Of a stretch of 64,000 bases of DNA, positions 37,155-46,874 are shown piece by piece. Origin of the DNA: an uncultured Burkholderiales bacterium (lineage in GTDB: Bacteria; Actinomycetota; Acidimicrobiia; IMCC26256; JAGPDB01); NCBI GenBank assembly GCA_964516875.1, contig CAZFAO010000005.1, forward strand, positions 3,588 to 67,587, read 5' to 3'. The translations under genes were made by a program, and so were the position numbers. The first letter of the stretch is position 1; every line of letters begins with the position of its first letter. The notes under the pieces were generated by a model. That model was not told the DNA's origin and ran no database searches. It saw only the letters and a list, made by a program, of their open reading frames with translations.

Positions 37155-38150
37155 TTACTGGTAGTTGTCGCCGTGGAACATTTCCGAAACCGACGCGTCT
37201 TCGAACACATGGTCGAGAGCTTTTGCAATAATCGGCGCAATCGACAGGACAGTAATTTTGTCCGATGCTTGAGTGTCGCGGAGAGGAATTGTGTTGGTGA
37301 TGACACACTCTTTTATTTGTGCACCAGCTATTCGATCGAGCGCTGGACCAGAAAGCACTCCGTGTGTTGCAGCCAAGTACACATCGGTTGCTCCGCGTTC
37401 TTTCAAAAGTTGAGCAGCACTACACATTGTTCCAGCCGTGTCGATCATGTCGTCCACCAAAATACACGTGCGACCTTCAACTTCACCCACGACTTCTTCG
37501 GCAACACTTTCATTAAATGTTCCCTTGGGTCGACGCTTGTCGATGAATGCGAGTTCTGTATCGGTTCCCATTGCTTCCAAAATATTTGCAAATTTACGGG
37601 CGCGCTTTCCACCACCAGCATCGGGAGATACAACAGTGATGTCACCTTTGATTTTGTCTCCGAGATATTCCGCCAAGAGAGGAACTGCTGTTAAGTGATC
37701 GACGGGGCAATCGAAGAATCCCTGAATTTGGCCCGTGTGTAAATCGACAGTGACAACACGATCCACACCAGCAACCGTGAGCATGTCGGCAATAAGTTTT
37801 GCGGTAATCGCTTCGCGGCCTTGCGCTTTGCGATCTTGTCGTGCGTAACCATAAAAAGGAACAACAGCAGTGATGCGTTTTGCCGACGCGCGTTTGGCTG
37901 CATCGATCATAATCATCTGTTGCATGATGCGATCGTTAATCGGTTCACAGTGCGATTGAATAACAAAAACATCAGCGCCGCGAATGGAATCGCCATAACG
38001 AACGTACAGCTCGCCGTTAGAGAATGTGGAAAGAGACATATCGCCGAGCGAGACCTTCATCTCTTCGGCAATTTGCTGTGCGAGTTGTTCATTCCCGTCA
38101 CCGCTCACCAACATGAACCGTTTCTTGCTGACCAGTTCCATCGACGCCAT
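37155..38150 (-). CDS. prs: Ribose-phosphate pyrophosphokinase
   Basis: 331 aa. YARQDRK, the PRPP-binding loop ILVDDMIDTAGT, and a typical class I Prs layout. Confidence 0.95.
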   Translation of the reverse strand: MASMELVSKKRFMLVSGDGNEQLAQQIAEEMKVSLGDMSLSTFSNGELYVRYGDSIRGADVFVIQSHCEPINDRIMQQMIMIDAAKRASAKRITAVVPFYGYARQDRKAQGREAITAKLIADMLTVAGVDRVVTVDLHTGQIQGFFDCPVDHLTAVPLLAEYLGDKIKGDITVVSPDAGGGKRARKFANILEAMGTDTELAFIDKRRPKGTFNESVAEEVVGEVEGRTCILVDDMIDTAGTMCSAAQLLKERGATDVYLAATHGVLSGPALDRIAGAQIKECVITNTIPLRDTQASDKITVLSIAPIIAKALDHVFEDASVSEMFHGDNYQ

Positions 38151-38244
38151 GTATCCCCTTATATCAGTGTCAAATATGACTCTGCTTGTATCCCGTGAAT
38201 CTTAATGTAAGCAGCTTGGGAGCAAAGAGTCCAGTTGATATGGC

Positions 38245-39633
38245 TTAGCGATCAGTCGGAGGTGTCCACTCTTCATCGATCTTGGCGGGGACTCCCTTGG
38301 CCAACGATCGCGATGGAACATCTCTTGTAACAACTGCGCCGGCACCCGTGTAACTTTCATCGCCCAAAGTCACAGGCGCAACAAGAACAGTATTAACACC
38401 CGTCTTCACATTATCGCCGATCACACTGGGGTGCTTATTTGCCCCGTCATAGTTCGCCGTTATCGTTCCCGCACCAAGGTTTGTGTTCTCGCCCACTTTT
38501 GCATCGCCCAAGTATGACAGGTGAGGAACTTTTGTTCCCTTACCAATTTCGGTATTCTTCGTTTCAACAAATGTCCCAATGTGTGCACCTTCGCGAAGAA
38601 GCGTTCCTGGTCGAAGAGAAGCGTACGGACCGACGGTGACATTGTCTTCAATTGTTGAACCTTTTATTGTGGATGATTCGAGCACGCAATTACGGCCAAC
38701 AACCGAATCAATGATGCGCGTGTTCGGACCGATCACACTTCCCGAAGCAATCGAGGTTGCACCTTGTAAAACCGTACCGGGGAGCAATGTCACATCTGAT
38801 TCAATGACCACACCAGCATCAATATATGTATTTGCAGGATCCATCATGGTCACACCATTGCGCATATGTTGAGTATTAATAGTGTCTCGCATAATGAACT
38901 CCAGTTCAGAAAGTTGTGCGCGATCATTTGCGCCGTGTGCAATAGAAGGGTTTGTGTAAGTGTACGACGTCACCGGAACGGATGATTCGCGCGCGATAAC
39001 AACAACGTCCGTGAGGTACTGTTCGCCTTGTGAATTATTCGTGTCGAGTTTATCTAATGCCATGTCAAGAAAAGTTCGAGAAAAAACAAACGGAAACATG
39101 TTGCACTCTTTAACAGCGCGTTGTGCCTCATCACAATCTTTTTCTTCGACGATTGCTTTGACGATTTTATTCTCGTCACGAACAACTCGACCATAGCCAT
39201 AGGGATCATCAAGTATGGCTGTCGAAACGAGAACGTCAGCATCGGATGCAAGGAATGCGTCACGCATTTCACTCAACACATCCGTCGTTAACAGCGGAGT
39301 ATCTCCCAGGACGACAATGATATTTTCAACATCTGCACTCAAACCTGTCATTCCTACTTTTACTGCATGACCCGAACCTTGAGGTTCGCTCTGTTCTACA
39401 AATGTGATTTTTTCAAGAAAAGAAGCGCACGTCATCTCAATATCTTTTTCGACTGCTTCTTTGCCATGCCCGACGACGACAACAATCTCATCGACAACAT
39501 CTTCAAGCGAAAGAACGATATGAGAAATGACGCTTCGTCCACACAACGGCATCAAGAACTTGGGAAGAACCGATTTCATTCGTGTCCCTAATCCAGCCGC
39601 AGGAACAATGGCAGCAAGCGAGCGTTTCGTCAT
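38245..39633 (-). CDS. glmU: Bifunctional GlcNAc-1-phosphate uridyltransferase / GlcN-1-phosphate acetyltransferase
   Basis: 462 aa. N-terminal PAAGLGTRMKS nucleotidyltransferase motif and C-terminal left-handed beta-helix hexapeptide repeats. Confidence 0.95.
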   Translation of the reverse strand: MTKRSLAAIVPAAGLGTRMKSVLPKFLMPLCGRSVISHIVLSLEDVVDEIVVVVGHGKEAVEKDIEMTCASFLEKITFVEQSEPQGSGHAVKVGMTGLSADVENIIVVLGDTPLLTTDVLSEMRDAFLASDADVLVSTAILDDPYGYGRVVRDENKIVKAIVEEKDCDEAQRAVKECNMFPFVFSRTFLDMALDKLDTNNSQGEQYLTDVVVIARESSVPVTSYTYTNPSIAHGANDRAQLSELEFIMRDTINTQHMRNGVTMMDPANTYIDAGVVIESDVTLLPGTVLQGATSIASGSVIGPNTRIIDSVVGRNCVLESSTIKGSTIEDNVTVGPYASLRPGTLLREGAHIGTFVETKNTEIGKGTKVPHLSYLGDAKVGENTNLGAGTITANYDGANKHPSVIGDNVKTGVNTVLVAPVTLGDESYTGAGAVVTRDVPSRSLAKGVPAKIDEEWTPPTDR

Positions 39634-39863
39634 AGGTACGAGATGCTAACAAACGGGACAAAAATCTGTGAAAAATCGTCGATCGACTACCGCCTATTCG
39701 GAAATATCGTACCCGATTCATGCCCTGATATCAACAAATTCGCTAGAGAAATAGGGAAATTAGGCCGTCCGAACTATTTTCTGCGAATAAGAGGTATCCC
39801 CTCCATAATAAGACACCGGCTGCCGACAATAGAAGTATCCAAATCCTAAGGGAGTTACTTCAT

Positions 39864-42800
39864 ATGCCAATGCAACCAGTCTTTGACGGCACTTGGGTGA
39901 TCTATACACGCGAACCAACAAAACGCGCAATAGCTCTCACTCTTCTCGCAATTTTTGCTGCGGCGTCCTTCCTGATGCCTGCATTAAGTAAGGCATACGC
40001 TGCTGGCCCACCAACAGTTGCACTCGATTCAGTTCTCACACGAGTTTCCGACGGTAATGCTCCTTTTGCAGCGGTAGATCCGAATGCCAATAACGGATTG
40101 CTCGCAACACTTGATTCTGCTGCGTACACATTTGATATCAATGTCAACACGCTCGACGCACAACCTCATACGATTTCTAATGTAACGATTGTTGCAACAC
40201 TGAACTCAACATCACCACATGTTGCATGGATGAAAAACAGTATGCCCACTGCATGTACAACAGTTACATTGAGTTCCGACAGCAAAACTATAACGTGTGT
40301 TCTCGGTGGAACCGTGAGAACCGGTACTGCTTTGAAAATTGATGGGGCCTGGTTTGCTCGTTCAAATGTTCCGAACAACACAGACGTCACAACACAATTC
40401 ACAGTGAGTGGAACAATGGTTGCTGATTCGAGCACAACCACAAACCCTGCACCGCACACATCAAATGCAGATACAATCAAAGTTGTTTCGACAGGATCAA
40501 ACTACGAAGTCAGAAAATCACTTTCCGACCCACTCAACCCTTATACAATCGCTCGAGACAGCTCCGGAAACCCTATTGGTGTTGACGTGAAGTGGGGTGT
40601 CCAAGTTGAAGTGAAGAGTCCAACTCCCAACCAAACCAAGGGAGTCAACACTTCGAACTTAAGCACCTTAACGCTTGAGGATCTCATGAGTTCTGGACCA
40701 GCAGATCATCTTCCCATCAATAAAAATGCAACACTCGTGAATTGTTCACCGGTGAACGCAATCACGGATGGAATTGCTGACTCAAGTTCGAATGTTGTCG
40801 GAACGTACAGTGCTGTTCAAAATTCTGGAACATGGACGTGTAACCAATCCGCAGCCGGTGAACCTGTTGCAATTCAAGCTACAGGTATTCAATGGGCGCC
40901 CGAATGGTTCCCGAGCGGAAAATACTCGCACCGCGATGGGTATTGGTCTTTTAATACATCAAATAATGCGAACGAAATTTACAACAACCCAACAGGAAAA
41001 AATAATCAAGCTGTTGTCGCTACGCAAAACCTCACCATTCGCTACCCATGGGCTGATGTCCTTGCTTTTGATAACACTCCTGGCGATCGCAGTAAAGTTA
41101 GTGCCGGATACATTTCATGGTGTAACAACATTGGCAACATCGCTGTACCTGGTGGCCCTGTTGATGTCGATGATCCAACCAATAACGAAGCTTGTGTTGA
41201 GATATATAAAAATCCAGGTGTCGGAAACACAAGCAAACGCTTCGTGAAATACGGCGGCGACTGGACGTCATTCCCTGAACATGATCTTGGCCTCACCGAA
41301 GGAGCTCTCGGGACAGGTGACAGCGACAACTATGTCGTTCCTAACCAGAAGTTTGCTATTGCTATTTCGGCAGAAACAAGTAAGTTATCACCCGTTGGTT
41401 TGGCAGATTATGTATCGTGTGATTCAATCGATCAAACAAAATACAACCTTGTTGAACACAATGCTGCACCTGTTATGTCAGGCGCAACCGGTTCTGCTCA
41501 CCAATATTACAGTTGGCAAAAAAGCGGAACCTACGATTCTTCCTTCCCTGAAGTAACCGATGCCGATATTGTTGTGGAGTTTGCAAGCACAGGAACAACG
41601 TTTGCAACATCAACACAACAGCGCACCGTCAATTGCGACAGCACTTCGTTGGTATGGAAATCTGATCCAACACAACTTTCTGGCGGAATTGATTCTGCGA
41701 ACTTGATCCGCGTTCGCGTTCTCAAGCAGATCCCACCACGTATGCGAATCGATGCATACGTTTCCGTTCAAGCGCATGAAGGATTAGCTCACAACACTCG
41801 TATGTTTAACTTCATGCAGTACAAATCATCGAATTTCAGAAATGGTGCCTGGAACCAAGCATCTAACAGATGCCTTCCTGAAAACGATCCATGGAATACA
41901 TCATCGGGTCTTTTCAGTTGTGTTGTTCTGGCTGACCGCGCTTTTGTTATTCTTCCCCCTCCACTTCAGCAACTCTCCGACACACCCGAAAGACCGCTTC
42001 AAGACAAGACAGCAACATTGACTACTGGACAAGAGTGGACATACACGATGAAGTCAGGATTGACCTTTAATGCCGATGTTGCAATTAAAGGTGTTCATGT
42101 TTACAACGTGCTTCCTCCAGGACTCGACTTTGTTTCTTCGACCACCACGCCAACAGACATCATTTCCGATTGTGATGCAGCCGTCAATGTTGATTGTTTA
42201 ACAAACGATGCTGCGCGAACAAATATTGGATATCGAACAATCATTTGGGATCGCGGAGACTCCGACTTCGATTACACCGGAACACCACCGGCTCCTCAAT
42301 TGCAATCAACGATATTTGGTTCGTGGCAAGTCACCACACGCGTTGCAAAGTTCATCGCGAATGGTTCCAAACTTCAAACACGATCATGGACGCGTGCTGA
42401 TTCCGGAATTGAAAATATCGACCATCCGATCGTCTTCAGAGATAATGATGCTGCATGGCATAACGATCTCCTTTCTGGACCGATCGATGATGACTGGGTC
42501 CAAATAGCAACTGCTCAGGCTTTTGGTATTGAAAAGTACATCACCGAGGATCACATTCCGCTCAATGGAGTGGTTGAATACAACCTCGCTTTTGGAAACT
42601 TAACGGGTAACGCTAAGACCATGGACGCGATCGACATTTTGCCTTTCAACTCTGATAGTCGAAGCCCTGCAAGTGTTATCGATGGTGGATTTTCACTTAC
42701 GGGAATTATCGATCCACATGCTCTCATCAGCAAGGTGTACGTCACGTCTGCGGATCCGACGACACTCAACAGCGATCCTAATAATCCAAGCAACCCTGTA

Positions 42801-43280
42801 GTTGGCACTGGTATTTGGAAGTGTACATTTGAACAACTCGACACCTCCGGTTGTCCAGAAAGTTCTGACGTGACAGGTGTCCGATTGATTTCGAAACCAA
42901 TTAACGTTGGACAATTCGACATCGTTCAAATTCAGCTCACAACATTTGGTAACGACGGACACGAAGTATATACAAATAGATTCCAAGCACGCGCGAGCGG
43001 TTTGGCTCTGCCTGTTATTTCTTCCGACGTCAACGCGGTCACACCGACAACGACGACCACGACAACCACAACAACAACGACAACTCCGACGACGTCAACT
43101 CCGACGACGACTGTACCTGTTGAAGTTAAAGGTGAGACCTTAACAAACATCATCAGACCACTACCGTTTACGGGTGCGGCAAGTGTCGTGTTCTTAGTTC
43201 TGGTAGGACTCGGATTAATTGTTGGTGGATTCTTTGGAACAAAGGTAGTGAAAAAACGACGAAACTCTAAGTTCTTTTAA
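39864..43280 (+). CDS. Large LPxTG-anchored cell-wall surface protein with DUF11-like repeat and poly-Thr stalk
   Basis: 1138 aa. AAGGGAG SD, signal peptide ...ALSKAYAAG, and a DUF11-type block YNVLPPGLDFVSS. The TPTTTTTTTTTTTTTPTTSTPTTT stalk is followed by LPFTG, a hydrophobic helix, and KKRRNSKFF. Confidence 0.8.
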   Translation: MPMQPVFDGTWVIYTREPTKRAIALTLLAIFAAASFLMPALSKAYAAGPPTVALDSVLTRVSDGNAPFAAVDPNANNGLLATLDSAAYTFDINVNTLDAQPHTISNVTIVATLNSTSPHVAWMKNSMPTACTTVTLSSDSKTITCVLGGTVRTGTALKIDGAWFARSNVPNNTDVTTQFTVSGTMVADSSTTTNPAPHTSNADTIKVVSTGSNYEVRKSLSDPLNPYTIARDSSGNPIGVDVKWGVQVEVKSPTPNQTKGVNTSNLSTLTLEDLMSSGPADHLPINKNATLVNCSPVNAITDGIADSSSNVVGTYSAVQNSGTWTCNQSAAGEPVAIQATGIQWAPEWFPSGKYSHRDGYWSFNTSNNANEIYNNPTGKNNQAVVATQNLTIRYPWADVLAFDNTPGDRSKVSAGYISWCNNIGNIAVPGGPVDVDDPTNNEACVEIYKNPGVGNTSKRFVKYGGDWTSFPEHDLGLTEGALGTGDSDNYVVPNQKFAIAISAETSKLSPVGLADYVSCDSIDQTKYNLVEHNAAPVMSGATGSAHQYYSWQKSGTYDSSFPEVTDADIVVEFASTGTTFATSTQQRTVNCDSTSLVWKSDPTQLSGGIDSANLIRVRVLKQIPPRMRIDAYVSVQAHEGLAHNTRMFNFMQYKSSNFRNGAWNQASNRCLPENDPWNTSSGLFSCVVLADRAFVILPPPLQQLSDTPERPLQDKTATLTTGQEWTYTMKSGLTFNADVAIKGVHVYNVLPPGLDFVSSTTTPTDIISDCDAAVNVDCLTNDAARTNIGYRTIIWDRGDSDFDYTGTPPAPQLQSTIFGSWQVTTRVAKFIANGSKLQTRSWTRADSGIENIDHPIVFRDNDAAWHNDLLSGPIDDDWVQIATAQAFGIEKYITEDHIPLNGVVEYNLAFGNLTGNAKTMDAIDILPFNSDSRSPASVIDGGFSLTGIIDPHALISKVYVTSADPTTLNSDPNNPSNPVVGTGIWKCTFEQLDTSGCPESSDVTGVRLISKPINVGQFDIVQIQLTTFGNDGHEVYTNRFQARASGLALPVISSDVNAVTPTTTTTTTTTTTTTPTTSTPTTTVPVEVKGETLTNIIRPLPFTGAASVVFLVLVGLGLIVGGFFGTKVVKKRRNSKFF

Positions 43281-43942
43281 TCAAGTTCAAAATAGTGACG
43301 TACAGCTGAAATGCTAGCTATATCAACTCGTACGTCACCCGAGTCTCGGTCAATGCCAATCACTGCTGCACCTTGTGGAGCACGAACATCGCCGCTGTAT
43401 TTCTCCAAGTATTCTTCGGGATCAACTTGCTTAGTTGCGCGATCTTCGACGGCTAGCTCTGCTGCGATAAGAGAACCTTCATAGCGAGGCACCCCATGCG
43501 TGGCAATATCGATGAAACCCTTTATTCGATAAAAATAAAGCGGTACATTCACAGCGCTCATATCACCACGTGAATTCACATGCTTCCAGTGACCTGTTCC
43601 CTTGTCAAACACAACGTTTGCAGCTTCTAATAAAGCAACTGCTTGCGGCTGAGTTATTTTGAATTCTTGGTGGGGATTATTGTGCATCTCATCTCGGCGT
43701 TCCATATCGCTCAGCGGTGCTGGTGTAGCAGGAACGGGAATAAATACTTTGTGCACATCGGGAATATTGGCCCACCGTTTTACTGATGGAATGACTAAAC
43801 GTGGAGAAAGAGGAACCGTTAGATCGCTGCGCCTTTGCCGGACTTCTTGTTCTTGACGCGCTCTTCGCAACTCTTGCGGTGTCATGGTTTCGAGTTGCGG
43901 CGCATCAGTAATACTTGTGTGCCCTCCGTTGCCCAGTGCCAT
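43277..43942 (-). CDS. Hypothetical protein (start uncertain; track ORF extends to 44098)
   Basis: ORF convergent with and overlapping the LPxTG gene by 4 nt. ATG 43942 lies 6 nt downstream of a perfect TATAAT (complement of 43949-43954), suggesting a leaderless transcript. No motif was recognised. Confidence 0.5.
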   Translation of the reverse strand: MALGNGGHTSITDAPQLETMTPQELRRARQEQEVRQRRSDLTVPLSPRLVIPSVKRWANIPDVHKVFIPVPATPAPLSDMERRDEMHNNPHQEFKITQPQAVALLEAANVVFDKGTGHWKHVNSRGDMSAVNVPLYFYRIKGFIDIATHGVPRYEGSLIAAELAVEDRATKQVDPEEYLEKYSGDVRAPQGAAVIGIDRDSGDVRVDIASISAVRHYFELD

Positions 43943-44137
43943 CGAAAAATTATACGAGATCGATTCTGCTAGATCGTTACTCAAACACGAAATTTTTACT
44001 ACTCGCGATTGAGCGTATGCCCTGATCAGCGCCCACTTGTGAAGCTCAAAATAATTAGCACTTCGACCCTGGACTCGGGCGCTGAGAGGCACTATCATAA
44101 ATGGACATATCGCCCTACCTAACGGAAGGTCAGCACT

Positions 44138-45223
44138 ATGACGATAGTTACACCACCCAATGAATTCGCAGGTGTCGGCACAAAAAAAGTCGGAACACTC
44201 AAACCCGCTCTTGATGCAATCCCGCGTGAGTGCCTTGAGCGTCCCACACGTAAAGCAGTCTTTGTTGTCGCTCGTGCAGTTGCATTGTGGATTGCGTCCT
44301 TGGTTCTTTTGTTTGCATCAGACAATCCATTCATTGTTGCCGCCGCTTGGATTTTTGGTTCGCTCGCTCTAGCGGGAATGTTTGTTGTCGGTCACGATGC
44401 CGCACACGGTTCTTTATTCAATTCGAAAAAAGTCAACAAGTGGGTGGGACGATTATTATTCCTCCCCGAACTTCATTCCTATGAAGGATGGCTACTCGGA
44501 CACAACCGACTTCATCATGGACACACTGTGCGCGAGCAAATGGACTTCGTGTGGATGCCCACAACGCCAGCAGAATATGCGCGCATGTCAACGTTTCGAA
44601 AATTTCAACACCGCGTGGAATGGAGTTTTTTAGGATCGGGTCTGTATTACATACGCAATGTGTGGTGGGACAAGATGATTTCGTTTACGCCTCCTGAGCG
44701 TTATCGCGAACGCATTAAAAAAGACGTACGTTTTGTTGCGCTTTTTGGTGCCGTCTCTATTACTGCTCTGTTTGCGTATGGATTGCATTATTACGGCGAT
44801 ATCCTTGGTGCAGCATGGTTAGTTGTCAAAGTGATTGCTGTTCCGTGGTTTGGATTCATGACCATCATTGGGTGGACTGTGTATGTACAACACATTGCTC
44901 CCGACATTAAGTGGTGGCCACGCAACCAATGGGATAGTTACAAAGGTCAGATTGAAGGAACAACTGTTTTGTATTGCCCACGCATAATCAACGAGCTTTT
45001 CTTTTATAACATCTTCATCCATGTCCCCCATCATGTCGATATGCGTATTCCGTGTTACAACTTAGAAAAAGCAGCCGATGCATTAATTGAAGCGTTTCCT
45101 GACATCAAACATAAAAAATTGCGCTATCGCGATTATCTTCGCACGGCTCGAATATGCAAACTCTATGATTACGAAGAGCACACATGGCATGCCTACGACG
45201 GAAGTGTGACTGCGCTTCCGTAA
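44138..45223 (+). CDS. Membrane fatty-acid desaturase
   Basis: 361 aa. Three histidine boxes HDAAHGS, HNRLHH and HVPHH, plus TM helices. Confidence 0.85.
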   Translation: MTIVTPPNEFAGVGTKKVGTLKPALDAIPRECLERPTRKAVFVVARAVALWIASLVLLFASDNPFIVAAAWIFGSLALAGMFVVGHDAAHGSLFNSKKVNKWVGRLLFLPELHSYEGWLLGHNRLHHGHTVREQMDFVWMPTTPAEYARMSTFRKFQHRVEWSFLGSGLYYIRNVWWDKMISFTPPERYRERIKKDVRFVALFGAVSITALFAYGLHYYGDILGAAWLVVKVIAVPWFGFMTIIGWTVYVQHIAPDIKWWPRNQWDSYKGQIEGTTVLYCPRIINELFFYNIFIHVPHHVDMRIPCYNLEKAADALIEAFPDIKHKKLRYRDYLRTARICKLYDYEEHTWHAYDGSVTALP

Positions 45224-45231
45224 TCACACCC

Positions 45232-45289
45232 GTCATTCAGAGGATAAGTCCGCCCGTCATTCAGAGGAACGAAGTGACGAAGAATCTCC
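45232..45289 (+). repeat. Dispersed repeat array (locus D): short unit plus long unit
   Basis: GTCATTCAGAGGATAAGTCCGCCC (45232-45255) followed by GTCATTCAGAGGAACGAAGTGACGAAGAATCTCC (45256-45289). It lies in the intergenic space between the desaturase and the RibD_C-like gene. Confidence 0.75.
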
Positions 45290-45315
45290 GATGGCAATAG
45301 AAGTAAAGTGGTGGC

Positions 45316-46041
45316 GTGGAACAACTCTTCCCCACCCATTGTGTCCTTGAAACAACAGAAGCGTATGCGCTCAGTGACCCCGATGCACCACATCTAAGAA
45401 TCAATATGGTGTCCAGCATCGACGGAACAGTTGTTGTCGATGGAAAATCTAAACCATTAAGTTCCAATGAAGATCGAAAAGTTTTTCACGCTCTCCGTTC
45501 AATGGCTGACGTGATACTTGTTGGAGCGGGAACTGCGCGCAAAGAAAACTATGGGCCTGTCGTTTTCAGTGACGAGATTCAGCAACTCCGGGTATCGAAC
45601 GGGCTTTCACGAAACGCACCCGTCGCGGTTGTTTCTCACTCTGGACACTTCGATTGGGAAAGTCCTTTTTTTCAAGAAGCTCATTCAAAGCCCATCATCA
45701 TTACTGATGCGCATGGTGCACACAACGCGGTGCACGGTTCACACTATGCAGACATTATTTCGTATGGTGAAGATCATGTCGATCTGCAATCGGCAATCAA
45801 TGAAATCTATTCGCGTGGTTTGAAACACATTCTGTGCGAGGGTGGACCATCACTCAACACTGATCTACTAAACGCTGGTGTTGTTGACGAACTGTGTCTC
45901 ACTCTTTCACCCGTCCTTACGAACAGTTCAACGAAAACAATTTTTGATGGACTCAACTGCGATGAACCTGCACGAATGGAGTTTTCTCACATCTTGCGTG
46001 AAGGTGATGACATTTTTTTGCGATTACAGAATAAACGGTAG
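45316..46041 (+). CDS. RibD C-terminal domain / dihydrofolate-reductase-like pyrimidine reductase family protein
   Basis: 241 aa. INMVSSIDGTVVVDGKS...LRSMADVILVGAGTAR and ILCEGGPSLN patterns. GTG start. Confidence 0.7.
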   Translation: MEQLFPTHCVLETTEAYALSDPDAPHLRINMVSSIDGTVVVDGKSKPLSSNEDRKVFHALRSMADVILVGAGTARKENYGPVVFSDEIQQLRVSNGLSRNAPVAVVSHSGHFDWESPFFQEAHSKPIIITDAHGAHNAVHGSHYADIISYGEDHVDLQSAINEIYSRGLKHILCEGGPSLNTDLLNAGVVDELCLTLSPVLTNSSTKTIFDGLNCDEPARMEFSHILREGDDIFLRLQNKR

Positions 46042-46827
46042 TTACGAAATCCATCCGTCGCTGGGGTTGTCAACATAATCTGATCCATTCATCGCATCAG
46101 GAGCAGTAGGACACGTTGCTTCGTACTCAGTCCATGCTGTTCCATACATTGTTGAACCGTCAACATGTAATTGGGCAAAGTAACAAGCAGCATCGCCTTC
46201 CGATCGAGTCTGCATCACAATAGAATCATCGGTCCTCTCGATAACAGCAACGGTTTGTTCATCCGAATCAGCGCCAAGGGGCAGATAGACAAATGTAATA
46301 TCGGGCTCATTTTCGTTCAAAGTTTCGACCGAAATTCCAGAAAAGTTCACATCACCGTTTCCTGTTTGAATTGACTTAACTGCCTTTATCGAATCCGTTA
46401 ACGTTGTTTTTGCTTCCGATTGTGCCGATAGACCTTCTTCAGTTTCTATATCATCCAAGTATGGAAATTTATCCTCACATTTAGTAGTAGCTTTGTCCAT
46501 TAATTCATAATCAGCATCACTTAACGCTCCCCATGCACCTTCGGTATTGGCTTCAGTAACTTTCATCAGTTCATCGATTGCTTTGTAGGAAAGTTTGGAA
46601 TGTATGTGATCGACGATACATGAATAATATTCTTCAAATTCCTTTGCTTCATCACCCGTCAACCCTGACTGCAACATTAACTTTTTAACCATTTCTTGCT
46701 TGGAAGGCCGGCCACTCTTTAATGTTGTGTTGGCCAAAACGAAACCCGAAAAGCCAATGAAAAATATCGCGACAAGAGCAATGACTATTTTTGCAATTTT
46801 ATTGGAACCATCACTTGAAAAAGACAC
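46042..46827 (-). CDS. Membrane-anchored exported hypothetical protein
   Basis: 261 aa with an N-terminal TM (IVIALVAIFFIGFSGFVLA), an acidic ectodomain and 5 Cys. It is probably co-transcribed with 46875..48908. Confidence 0.55.
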   Translation of the reverse strand: MSFSSDGSNKIAKIVIALVAIFFIGFSGFVLANTTLKSGRPSKQEMVKKLMLQSGLTGDEAKEFEEYYSCIVDHIHSKLSYKAIDELMKVTEANTEGAWGALSDADYELMDKATTKCEDKFPYLDDIETEEGLSAQSEAKTTLTDSIKAVKSIQTGNGDVNFSGISVETLNENEPDITFVYLPLGADSDEQTVAVIERTDDSIVMQTRSEGDAACYFAQLHVDGSTMYGTAWTEYEATCPTAPDAMNGSDYVDNPSDGWIS

Positions 46828-46874
46828 AACCTACACCCTATCGATAATGAATGAATGAAAGGTTATCTTACAGG

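Noticed and set aside
43038-43110. ACN-rich simple-sequence tract (also 8020-8110 and 52430-52620)
   Set aside because: These tracts are in frame inside long ORFs and encode Thr/Ser/Pro stalks of exported proteins. They are coding low complexity, not non-coding repeats.
43943-44098. N-terminal 52 codons of track ORF 43277..44098
   Set aside because: A perfect TATAAT sits just upstream of the internal ATG 43942, and the upstream peptide (MIVPLSARVQGRSANYFELHKW...) looks non-coding. It was kept only as an alternative start.
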